From an uncultured Myxococcia bacterium (lineage in GTDB: Bacteria; CAZTWC01): DNA of 44,212 bases. The DNA is taken from contig CAZTWC010000002.1 in assembly GCA_964617105.1 (NCBI GenBank), positions 13,138-57,349 on the forward strand, read 5' to 3'. Made by a program: the position numbers and the translations under genes. Numbering within the stretch: position 1 is the first letter of the stretch; every line of letters starts with the position of its first letter. The notes below the pieces were generated by a model. That model saw only the letters and a program-made list of their open reading frames with translations. It did not search any database and had not been told where the DNA came from. This document shows positions 28,054 through 37,582 of the stretch, in pieces.

Positions 28054-29640
28054 ATGGCAACTATTAAGGGTAAAACAAATTTTACAAACCAAAATCAAAA
28101 TAACCTGCCGGTGAATTGTAACCTGGTAAAATATGCTAAATACCGCCCCTTTATCAGGTGCCAATTTTGCCAGTTGTCGTTTCTCCAATGCTATAGTTTT
28201 CAGGTAGTTTCTCTCTTACTGGCTTTGCTGGTTATTTTTGTGGCATTTATCGACCTGGAGGGCGTGGCAGGCAGGATTACCACGGTTTTGGTCATCGTGA
28301 TCAGCGCTATTATCGCCGGAATAACCAACCAGAGAACCAACCAGTTGGTGATGGCGGAACATAAGGTCCGGGAATATGCTAAACAGATATTCAGGCAAAA
28401 GGAGCAGGTGGAGGAGTTGGTCAATCAGCGGACTTTAGAGTTGCAGCAGGCCAATAACCAGTTAAAAGAGGAATTCAAAAACCGGCAGGCCATGGAGGAA
28501 GAGTTACTTAAGGTTAAAAAGTTAGAGTCCCTGGGAGTGATGGCCGGCGGCATTGCTCACGATTTTAACAATCTTCTTCAGGCGATGCTGGGCAATATCC
28601 AGTTTATCGAGTTGGCCATACCTATGCAGGATAAAGTCTTGCAAGATGCTCTCAATGATGCTAAAAGAGCGGTCAAGCGGGCCAGAGATATAACGTTTAA
28701 TCTAACCAGTCTGGTGGGCGGTGGTCTGATAAAAGGCCGGGTATTTTTGAGTGACCTGGTGCCGGATTGGATCGCGGAGAAATATCCTAATACTCAGGAG
28801 CAGTTTAAATATAATTTTCTTTCCAACCTATGGCCGGTGGAGGTAGATATAGAGCAATTTTGCCATGCTTTGAAAGATGTGGTGGACAATGCCTTGGAGG
28901 CTATGTCGGAAAAAGGGCAGGTAACGATTAAAGGGGAAAATATAGTTTTAAACCAGGTGGAGAGTAAAGTTTTGCAGCCGGGTAATTTTGTCCGGCTGAC
29001 AGTATTGGATCAAGGACCTGGTATCGATAAAAATATTGTACAATCCATATTTGATCCCTTTTTTACCACCAAAAATATGCGTAAGGGGTTAGGGCTGGCC
29101 ATGGGTTATGCGATATTGAGAAAGCATGGTGGAATAATTACGGTTGAGCCTGGAGAGGAGAGGGGATCGCAATTTCATTTTTTAGTACCCGCCTGTACGG
29201 CTTTACCGGAGGGTGAAGATAATTTGTCAAAACCCTCAGAGATTTCGGTCAAACCATCGGGTAAAATTCTATTGGTTGAAGATGATGATTTAGCAAGAGA
29301 GGCGGCGGAGAGGCTCATCGTGCAAGCGGGATTTTGGGTCGATTCTGTGCCGGATTATAACAAAGCAAAAGAGATACTGGAGAGGAAAAAAAATGATTAC
29401 GAAGAGTATAAAGTAGTTATTTTAGATTTATCTTTGCCAGGACCGAAGTCGGGCTGGTATCTGGTCGAGGAGATAAAAATTCTCTGCCCGAAGATGCAGT
29501 TCATTATCTGCAGCGGGCATATTGATGACGATTTAGCCGCTAATTATCGTGCTTACGGCTTTGCCGGAATAGTTCGTAAACCCTACCAGGCCGAGGATTT
29601 ACTATATTTGATTATACTGGCTATGCAAAAATGGGTCTGA
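28054..29640 (+). CDS. Hybrid sensor histidine kinase/response regulator (CckA-like)
   Basis: Two TMs, coiled coil, GGIAHDFNNLL, DQGPGI, FDPFFTTK, GLGL; C-terminal receiver (VEDD, ILDLSLP, KPY). Confidence 0.93.
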   Translation: MATIKGKTNFTNQNQNNLPVNCNLVKYAKYRPFIRCQFCQLSFLQCYSFQVVSLLLALLVIFVAFIDLEGVAGRITTVLVIVISAIIAGITNQRTNQLVMAEHKVREYAKQIFRQKEQVEELVNQRTLELQQANNQLKEEFKNRQAMEEELLKVKKLESLGVMAGGIAHDFNNLLQAMLGNIQFIELAIPMQDKVLQDALNDAKRAVKRARDITFNLTSLVGGGLIKGRVFLSDLVPDWIAEKYPNTQEQFKYNFLSNLWPVEVDIEQFCHALKDVVDNALEAMSEKGQVTIKGENIVLNQVESKVLQPGNFVRLTVLDQGPGIDKNIVQSIFDPFFTTKNMRKGLGLAMGYAILRKHGGIITVEPGEERGSQFHFLVPACTALPEGEDNLSKPSEISVKPSGKILLVEDDDLAREAAERLIVQAGFWVDSVPDYNKAKEILERKKNDYEEYKVVILDLSLPGPKSGWYLVEEIKILCPKMQFIICSGHIDDDLAANYRAYGFAGIVRKPYQAEDLLYLIILAMQKWV

Positions 29641-29760
29641 TAACCATATTAACTTGGCATTCACCCCATGAAATTGGAACTATGTCTGGAACTTAAGTTA
29701 TTTCATGGTGTTAAAATGCCGGAAATTCTTTTTATTCTTAACCAAAAGGAACCAAGACTT

Positions 29761-30924
29761 ATGAAAGTGAGAAACTATTTATTGATGTCCATGATTGCCC
29801 TTTTACTAGTAATTTTTGTCTCAGAGCCGGTTCGGGCCTGCCAGGATTATTGGTTGGACGGTTATTGCCCCAAGAGCCAGGCAGGTGAAAGCGTTTCTAC
29901 TCCGGAAAAGGGGAAAAATTTGGATATTTCCGGTTATGCCACCACCATGTTGGCTTTTAGGCAGAGCCAGGATGATATACCATACGTTGGCCGTCACGAT
30001 GGTTTTCAGTTACTGAGCGCCCGTCTAAAGTTTGAAGGGCAACACCAGTTTTTTGATTACTATATCTCCCTGGATGGCACCGCCTATCCTGAAACGAATA
30101 GCCGTAAACTGGATTTGGGAGCCAAGTATGTGCAACTCAAAGACTGCTTTGGCCGCATTAATATTGCCCCCTTTTTGCGCATCCGTTTTGGCCAGTTCAA
30201 AGCGCCTTTTAATGTGGAGGAGTTGGTAGATACCGAAAACCGCCTTTTAATCACCAATTCGGTGCTTAGTGAGGGAGTGCAGATTTATCAAGGGTTACAG
30301 GGGGCTCAGGAGGCTAATCCCATTAACCTTAAAAGGCAGGTAGGAATCTCTGTTATGGGGGATCTATTTAGCCTGCTGGGATATGAAATAATGGTATTCA
30401 ACGGTAATGGGTACAACCGTTTGGTAAATGACAACGACAACCTGGCAGTGGCAGGCAGATTAACCTTGAACCTGCTTAAGGGAGGCCTGGTTTTGGGTGC
30501 CAACAGCTATTACAACGAGATCTCGGTGGGGACGCCGGAGGATATGTTTCACGAGCGTTATCTGGCCTATGGAGCGGATCTCACTTTCAACCAATACAAT
30601 ATTACTCTGATGGCCCAGTTTTTAGGACGCAAAATCGAGTATCCCTCGTCCGGAGATTCTCAGGTTGACGGGTGGGGCGCTATGGCTTTAATAGGCTATA
30701 TGATCGAGGCTATAGATACACAACTGGTCTATCGTTTCTGCCAATTCGATCCCCTGAAAGATCCAGGGATTTACACTCTCCAGTACCACACTTTGGGAAT
30801 AAATTACTATTTTGCTCGAATTCCGGTGGTTCTAAAGACCAACTACCGGATTAAACTGGAGAAAGAAGACTCGAGAAGCATTAATAACGATGAGTTGTCT
30901 TTTTTATTGCAGTTCAGTTTCTGA
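29761..30924 (+). CDS. Outer-membrane porin (OprO/OprP-like beta-barrel)
   Basis: Signal peptide from ATG 29761, ARLKFEG, RFGQFKAPF, RQVG, amphipathic strands and terminal LQFSF. ORF track starts at 29668. Confidence 0.75.
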   Translation: MKVRNYLLMSMIALLLVIFVSEPVRACQDYWLDGYCPKSQAGESVSTPEKGKNLDISGYATTMLAFRQSQDDIPYVGRHDGFQLLSARLKFEGQHQFFDYYISLDGTAYPETNSRKLDLGAKYVQLKDCFGRINIAPFLRIRFGQFKAPFNVEELVDTENRLLITNSVLSEGVQIYQGLQGAQEANPINLKRQVGISVMGDLFSLLGYEIMVFNGNGYNRLVNDNDNLAVAGRLTLNLLKGGLVLGANSYYNEISVGTPEDMFHERYLAYGADLTFNQYNITLMAQFLGRKIEYPSSGDSQVDGWGAMALIGYMIEAIDTQLVYRFCQFDPLKDPGIYTLQYHTLGINYYFARIPVVLKTNYRIKLEKEDSRSINNDELSFLLQFSF

Positions 30925-31014
30925 GTCCGGTATGATTGTCCGCCTATTTAGTCAATTGGCGCTGGATAGAAGTTGCCGATCAAGTAAGAAATATCCATTT
31001 GGGAGATACGCAGG

Positions 31015-34000
31015 ATGAAAAAAAATATTTATATTGGTTTACGGACCATAGTGATATTGGGAATGTTGTTGCCTTTGTTTTTAACTCTTCAAGGCTGCAA
31101 AAAGGGTGGCAGGGCTGAAAAAGCCAAAGCGGTTAGAATTACTTCCCGTTCCCAACTGATCGGGGGACCCGGCGCTATGGGTGAAGTGGGTGACTACTTG
31201 CTGGAAAACTCCCGCATCAGAGCAATTATTCAAGGGCCTGACCCGCAAGGCAGGTTTCTACAGGATCGGGGATTCTCCTCTTACGGCGGCAATCTGATTG
31301 ACGCAGATCTGGTGCGCCCGGAGATGAAAGGTGATTCCAGCGGTGGCAAAGGTTTCGATCATTTAGGTGAAATATTTACCTCTTTTTTCCTGTCTGCTAT
31401 CAAGCCGGAAAAAATAGAGATAATTGAAGACTATACCCCGCAGGGAGCGGTTGCTATCAGGGTTGCGGGTTGGTTGAACTATTTTTTAGCAATCACCGAT
31501 ACCGCGTGTCACGCCAGCTTTAACAGCGATTATATTATATTCAACGGCATAGAAGATGCAGTCAAGTGGCACTATCGCGACGGCAAGACCCTGTGGGGAG
31601 AAAATCTTTATATTCTACATCCCAACCAGAACTATCTGGAGATAGTCTCAACCTTGTATAATAAGAAAGGCTTTAAGATAGACTTCAGCAATTTAAAGCC
31701 CATTCATCTAGCATTCAAAGATGTAGCAGGCTTTAGGATGCCCATAATCGATATTGTCCTGTTTGGCTCTGGTAACCAGATGTTTGTTCCTGGCGGAGGG
31801 TATGAACTCAGGCATACTCTGGAGAATGTCCAAAAACTAGCCAGCCAACGGGCGAAAGAGGGCAAGTTCGGCATGCCAGCCTGGCCAGGTTTGGCCGCCG
31901 AATTTATTGCCACCAGCGGTTTTGACGGCAAAGTCTCTTACGGAATAGTTAATGAGCCCTCAGATGCTAACTTCATCTTTCAGAGCAATCAAAAGAAAAA
32001 GGGGGTAAAATACTATCAGGTGGAAGATGAGGATAAGGGTAGATCCCTGGTTCCCTTTAGCGCCTCTTCATTTACCGGGGTGATGCACGCTTTTTTACCT
32101 TCCAGCCTGGAGGCCAGGGGGGAGGAGGGGAGCAGTTTCAGCCACAAGCGCTATTTTGTAATAGGCAGTGGTGATGTGGCCTCAATCCGGGAAACGTATA
32201 ATCAGTTGCGGGGCCGGGAAACCGTCACCCTGGCGGGACAACTTTTAGAGGATAAGTATAGGACTCCGGTTAAGGGTGGCTCTATTTTGATCTATCGAAC
32301 CAATCAACAAACTCAGCAGGAGGAGCTGATAAACCAGGTTTACACTCGCGCTAACGGTTTTTTTCGAGCCCAGGTGACCCCTGGCGAATTCCGGCTGGTA
32401 GCCAGGAAAGAGAGTGGTAATTATTTGTCTTCCACCGAGTTGGAGGAGTTTCGTCAGGGATTGAGTGTCAAGGTAGAAAAAGGAAAACCGAACTTTGTCA
32501 CCATGCTTTTACCCCGCCGCAGTTTTATCAACGTCAGGGTAACTGATGAGCAGGGCAGGTTGATTCCTGCCAAAGTAACGGTGATAGGCACCTATAATTG
32601 TCCTGCCGCCGGTTGTATAGTCCAGGATATGCCCAGGTCTTTTCTCTACAATCTCAAAGAGGGTGAAAAATATAAGACTACCGATTTTATTCCGGATAAA
32701 CCAGATGATTTAACTACCCGCCAGTACGTGGAGGCGGTTTTTACCACTGCTAATGGACGCGGCGTTTTTCCGGTCAAATATAGCGGCCATCTTTTGCCGG
32801 GACACGATAAGGGCAAGGGTTATACCTTAAACGATACCTATACCGTGGTTTTCTCCCGGGGCCCGGAATACAATCTTGATAAGCAAAAGGTGAAGATCAA
32901 GCCGGGTGAAACCGTAAAAGTGAGAGGTATGCTCAAGCGGGTTGTAGACAGTAGCGGTTTTATCAGTGCTGATATGCACATTCACAGCGCCAAATCTTTG
33001 GACAGTAACTTCAGTCTTGCTAAGCGAATTACCGCTCATGCCGCTGAAGGGGTGGAATACCTGGTGATGACTGATCACAACTATTTTACCGAACTAAAAC
33101 CACTAATCCAACAGTTGCGCCTGGAGGACTGGATGAATTCTATGGTGGGTGTGGAGTTGACAACCCTGGAAACCGGGCATTTCAACGCTTTTCCTCTGCT
33201 GGTGGACCCCGCCAGTTCCACCCGTGGTTCTTTTCCCTGGTTCCAAAAGCCAGTGAAAGAGATTATTGCCACTTTAAAGGCCAAAGGATCCATGAGTCCC
33301 TTTGATACCCTGGTTATGGTCAACCATCCTCGGGATAATAATATGGGATATCTTTATCAGTTCAGAGTGGATCCCGATACTATGACAGTGCCAGAGAGGC
33401 AAAATATAACCCTGGAATATATATTAAAAGAGTTGGATATCACCGCCCCTCCGCCAGAGGATAAAGGGCTGAGCACGGATAGTTTCACCTGGGATTTCGA
33501 TCTGCTGGAAGTGTTTAATGGTAAGAGGCAGGATTTGATCTGGACCCAGGTGGCTGATGATAGTTTGACCAAACCTCTGCCGGCTAATATCGACCCTAAA
33601 CAGCAGCCCGGCCAAATTGTACGAGACGAAAAGGGTAAGGTGGCTTTTCCCGGTGCAGTGGACGATTGGTATAAAATGCTGGCCAAAAAAATGGAAGGCT
33701 CCTATTTTTAAGAACACTATAAAAAAACCGATTTCCCCCGCTATACCGCCGTTGCCAACTCCGACTCCCATTACCTGGTGCACGAACCGGGCGCTCCCCG
33801 CAACTATTTATATGTGGAAAAGGATCTTCCTCTTCAGGTCAGCATGGGAGATTTTGTGGACGCGGTCAAGTACAACCGCAGTGTAGCTTCCTATGGTCCC
33901 TTTATAAACTTTGAAATTGCCGGTAAAAAAGTTGGCGCTAAAGTGGAAGTTAACCAGGATAGCAACGTGGAAGTCTGGATTAAGGTTCAGGGTCCCGATT

Positions 34001-34413
34001 GGATGAAGATGGGGGTGGTGAGGCTGATAAAAAATGGTGATCGCTTAAATCCTATTTTGGAGGAGGATATCTCTACCAGCACAGATGTTATCCGTTTTGA
34101 GAAAAAAATGGATTTAGAGGTCAAAGGAGATTGCTTCTATACGGTGGAGATTCTTAGTCCTGGGAAAATCGACAGGCAGGCTTCTCTTAAACCGGAAGAT
34201 ATTTATCCCTACTCTCTTTGGCCAGTGGTTTTACCCAGAGAGTTGCCGCCTTTGCTATTAAGCGAGGCTTTGCAGGTCGTTTTTCAGAATTTGATGCCGC
34301 AAAAAGATTTCGGCAATTTTAAGCCGCCCATCCCCCGGATAGTAACTGCCATGGCGGTGACAAATCCTATTTGGGTTGATGCTAACAGTGATGGATTTAA
34401 CCTTTCGAAGTAG
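31015..34413 (+). pseudogene. Large lipoprotein with PHP-fold (CehA/McbA-like) metallohydrolase domain, interrupted by one in-frame TAA
   Basis: Lipobox LQGC, GEVGDYLLEN, ADMHIHS, MTDHN, GVE, GHFNAFP, NHPR, EVFNG. ORFs 31015..33711 and 33778..34413 share a frame, and the codons between them encode TAVANSDSH. Full length would be 1132 codons. Confidence 0.85.
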
Positions 34414-34421
34414 GAGAAAAG

Positions 34422-37400
34422 ATGAACCGTCGACTTTTTAATTTTTGGTTTCCTATAGGGTTTTTGTTGTTAGTTACACTATTTCTGAGTCTCCTGCCTG
34501 GCTGCGGCCGGGACTTTGAGCAGCAGGAGACTCAAAAAGAGGTGGCTAAAGATGGCGGTAACGGCATTGATGAGGATACTGACCTTGATGGCTTGACCGA
34601 TAGCCGGGAAAAGAAGATTGGCACCGATCCTTTTCATGCTGATTCAGATGGTGATAGCTTGGGAGATGGCCAGGAGATCGATCAATTTGGCACCGATCCG
34701 CTCAAGGCTGATACTGATGGCGATGGACTGGACGACGGCCAAGAGATTAAAAAGTTTTCCTCCAATCCCCAGGAAGAGGATAGCGATGGTGATGGCCTTA
34801 AAGATGGTCAGGAAGTAGAAAAGGGGTGTGATCCCACTAAAAAAGATAGCGATGGTGACAGTTTTGGTGATAACTACGAATTGAAAACTGGCACCGATCC
34901 CCAGGATAAAAAATCAGTCCCTACCATAGAATTTCCTCAGGGTCCGGTTTATTTATTTAAAACCCTTAAAGTTGATAAGCCCGCCATGCTGGGTTTCTTT
35001 ATGACCCCCGAGTCCGATATTTTACTCTATTTTGATGGTTTCACCGATGGTAAAAATGACCAAATTAAACTAATCGGGGGACCAGGAGAATATTATGGCC
35101 CGGGTCAAGATAAAGAGAAGGGCACCGTAGATGATCTATTTCGCTTCAATCAGGCAGCTTATGAGCGGATCCGGGGGGATGGGTGGAATATAAAAATAGA
35201 GTGCCAAATAAAGCAGGACAAAATCGAATGTGGCCCCGGTGAGATTAAATTGACTTTGGGCGTTGCCCAGTTTTTACAAGGAGGATTGAATCTTACCCTG
35301 AAAGAGGTGAAGATAGAGGGCCAGTTTAACCAGCAGAGAACCAAGATAATCGATCTCTCCTTGACTGCCATAATAGATAAGCAGGAGTTGGAAGAAGCCA
35401 TAATAACCTCCAAGTTGCTTAATATTAATGTAGATACTGTGTTGAAACTATTTGATCCCGGCAAAGGGGAAAAGATCGATTTAGGTCTCAAACTTTCCGC
35501 TCGAAAAGTAGAGGCAGCGGGCTTTGCCCCGGTTGATTCCTCCAAAAAGATTTTGCCTCGCAAATTAAATGGACAGAAGAGTTTTAGTGGTGTTTTGGAA
35601 GAGGGAGATGTAATCGATCCCTATATCAGTTTCAAGCAGCAGGGGATAAGTGATCCGGAAGAGGCTGAGTTAGTGGATCGGGCCATGGCGGAGATAATCA
35701 AACAGGAGTCGGTGGATATGGTATTTACTACCCGCAAGGAGAGTAAAACGGGTGATCGTATTTACCAGGTAGTTTCCGCTCGGGGAGAAGTAGTTTTCAA
35801 GCGGGTAAGGGAAAAGGGGAAAGAGACTCAATATCAGATAATGAAAGTAACCGGAGTATCTCCTCTGGTAGGAGTTGATGATCCAACTCACATGGGAACC
35901 TATCAGCAGGAGCTCGCAGCCGGCTCCAATCCCAAAAACACATCGCTCAGTGGATACCAGGGAGCAGAAGATCCCAGGCTCAGTTTTGTGGAACCTGAAG
36001 ATCATGGCTATCCCCACGCCTATGAGCGGATCAGTGCTTTTTTTGATGAACCCAGAGCCGGTGATCTGGTTATTTTAGGAAAACCGTACAATGGTTCGGG
36101 CGGCACCCATGGCAACCTGGACATCACCCAGTCTCGAGCACCTCTTATTGTGGCTGGACCAGGAGTGCGGGCCTCTTCAGATGATCCAGCCAGTGCTGAT
36201 TTTGAAATCCTGGCTGATGGCAGCAAAGCTCTGTTTCTCAACCGGGCGGCCAAACTGGTTGATATCGCTCCCACTGTGGCGGCGTCCCTGGGCTGTAAGC
36301 GCACCACCGGCATAGACCAGCACGGACAATACAACTCCAGTCTCTACCTGAAGTGGCAGGATGGCAGCATGTTGGCGGAGGTGTTTGCCAATAAGCCCAA
36401 GTTTGAAATCGCCCAGGCGGAATATGCCGTAATTATAATAAATGACGGGCTCAACGGCAATGAATTGCTGCACCAGGTTTTTAACCAGGAGTTTAATGTT
36501 CCCAACTACCGGCGCCTGATGAAACAGGGAGTTACTTTTCGTTATGGCGCCATCGGTAATTTTCCTTCGTCCACTTTACCTAGTCACAATACCATTGGCT
36601 CAGGCGTTTATTCCGGTCACCACGGAATTCTGGATAATAGTTTTTATCATAGGGAGTTGGGAATTCATGTGAGTCCTGGCATGGATGCCAGTTATTTGCT
36701 GGGCACCTCTATTGAGGGGATTCCAATGGAAACCCTGCACGAAACAATTCACCGCAATTTTGGTGCCTACCATCCCTATAAGCGTACGGGCGCTTTTACG
36801 GTTTCGCTTTTTAATCCCTCCACCCGAGGGGCTGATTTTGCCACTTTGGATCGGGATTTGATGCCCTCTTATATTAACCTGGGGATTGCCGCCAACCAGG
36901 TTAAGATTAAGGAAAAAATCTATAATCTACCCGCTGTGCCGATGATGGATTACGGGGGATTAGTGGATAATTCCAGCACCTACAATTTTTATCGATTATA
37001 TACGGGCAAACAGGCTAAAATACCTAAGTTCAGCATCACCAATCTGGTATCCACCGATGGAGCAGGCCATCAGGCCGGTCCTCACGGCGATTATTTGCGC
37101 ACGGTTGTAGAGCGCAACGACAAGAGGCTGGAAATAATCCTCGATACTCTGGAGGCAGCTGGAATCTGGGAAAAGACCCTTTTTATTCTCACGGCTGATC
37201 ACGGCATGGAACTGCAGGATAAAAGTCGGCGTGGCGATAAATTGGAGGGCTTGAAAAAATCAGGTATCAAATATATTAGTTCGGGAAAATCGATTTACTT
37301 GCCCCGCCTTGTCACCCAGGTTACTCCCGCTCAGTTCAGGCAAAATCAGCCGGTCAAGTTGAAAGTAGTGGTCACCGACCTGCACACGGGCAAACCAGTC

Positions 37401-37568
37401 CAAAAGGCTCAGGTGAAGATAACCGAAGGGGGACCGGCCCTGAAGAAAGAGACTAACCAGAATGGCCAGGTCCTTCTCGATTTTACTCCCGAAGGTTCTC
37501 TCCTGAAGTTAGAAATTACCAGCCTTGACCATAACCGCAAGTTGTTGGAGTATACCGTAGATAAATAG
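34422..37568 (+). CDS. Lipoprotein with Ca-binding DxDxDG repeats and an alkaline phosphatase/nucleotide pyrophosphatase-fold domain
   Basis: Lipobox LPGC, five D(T/S)DxD(G/S)xxD..E repeats; NDG, PSSTLPSH, DGAGH, TADHG, THG and DIAPT motifs. Confidence 0.85.
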   Translation: MNRRLFNFWFPIGFLLLVTLFLSLLPGCGRDFEQQETQKEVAKDGGNGIDEDTDLDGLTDSREKKIGTDPFHADSDGDSLGDGQEIDQFGTDPLKADTDGDGLDDGQEIKKFSSNPQEEDSDGDGLKDGQEVEKGCDPTKKDSDGDSFGDNYELKTGTDPQDKKSVPTIEFPQGPVYLFKTLKVDKPAMLGFFMTPESDILLYFDGFTDGKNDQIKLIGGPGEYYGPGQDKEKGTVDDLFRFNQAAYERIRGDGWNIKIECQIKQDKIECGPGEIKLTLGVAQFLQGGLNLTLKEVKIEGQFNQQRTKIIDLSLTAIIDKQELEEAIITSKLLNINVDTVLKLFDPGKGEKIDLGLKLSARKVEAAGFAPVDSSKKILPRKLNGQKSFSGVLEEGDVIDPYISFKQQGISDPEEAELVDRAMAEIIKQESVDMVFTTRKESKTGDRIYQVVSARGEVVFKRVREKGKETQYQIMKVTGVSPLVGVDDPTHMGTYQQELAAGSNPKNTSLSGYQGAEDPRLSFVEPEDHGYPHAYERISAFFDEPRAGDLVILGKPYNGSGGTHGNLDITQSRAPLIVAGPGVRASSDDPASADFEILADGSKALFLNRAAKLVDIAPTVAASLGCKRTTGIDQHGQYNSSLYLKWQDGSMLAEVFANKPKFEIAQAEYAVIIINDGLNGNELLHQVFNQEFNVPNYRRLMKQGVTFRYGAIGNFPSSTLPSHNTIGSGVYSGHHGILDNSFYHRELGIHVSPGMDASYLLGTSIEGIPMETLHETIHRNFGAYHPYKRTGAFTVSLFNPSTRGADFATLDRDLMPSYINLGIAANQVKIKEKIYNLPAVPMMDYGGLVDNSSTYNFYRLYTGKQAKIPKFSITNLVSTDGAGHQAGPHGDYLRTVVERNDKRLEIILDTLEAAGIWEKTLFILTADHGMELQDKSRRGDKLEGLKKSGIKYISSGKSIYLPRLVTQVTPAQFRQNQPVKLKVVVTDLHTGKPVQKAQVKITEGGPALKKETNQNGQVLLDFTPEGSLLKLEITSLDHNRKLLEYTVDK
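34575..34907 (+). repeat. Five 22-23 aa bacterial TSP3-like calcium-binding repeats
   Basis: DTDLDGLTD..GTDP, DSDGDSLGD..GTDP, DTDGDGLDD..SNP, DSDGDGLKD..GCDP, DSDGDSFGD..GTDP. Confidence 0.85.
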
Positions 37569-37582
37569 CATGGCAATTTGAT

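Noticed and set aside
29654-30976. Sigma54 promoters at TTGGCAT (29654) and TTGGCGC (30956)
   Set aside because: Neither has TTGC at the required -12 spacing.
33709-33711. Selenocysteine or pyrrolysine recoding in the PHP hydrolase
   Set aside because: The stop is TAA, not TGA or TAG, and the other genes terminate normally under the standard code.
34575-34907. CRISPR-like repeat array
   Set aside because: The repeats are degenerate, in frame and protein-coding (Ca-binding repeats); no identical repeat-spacer structure or cas genes.
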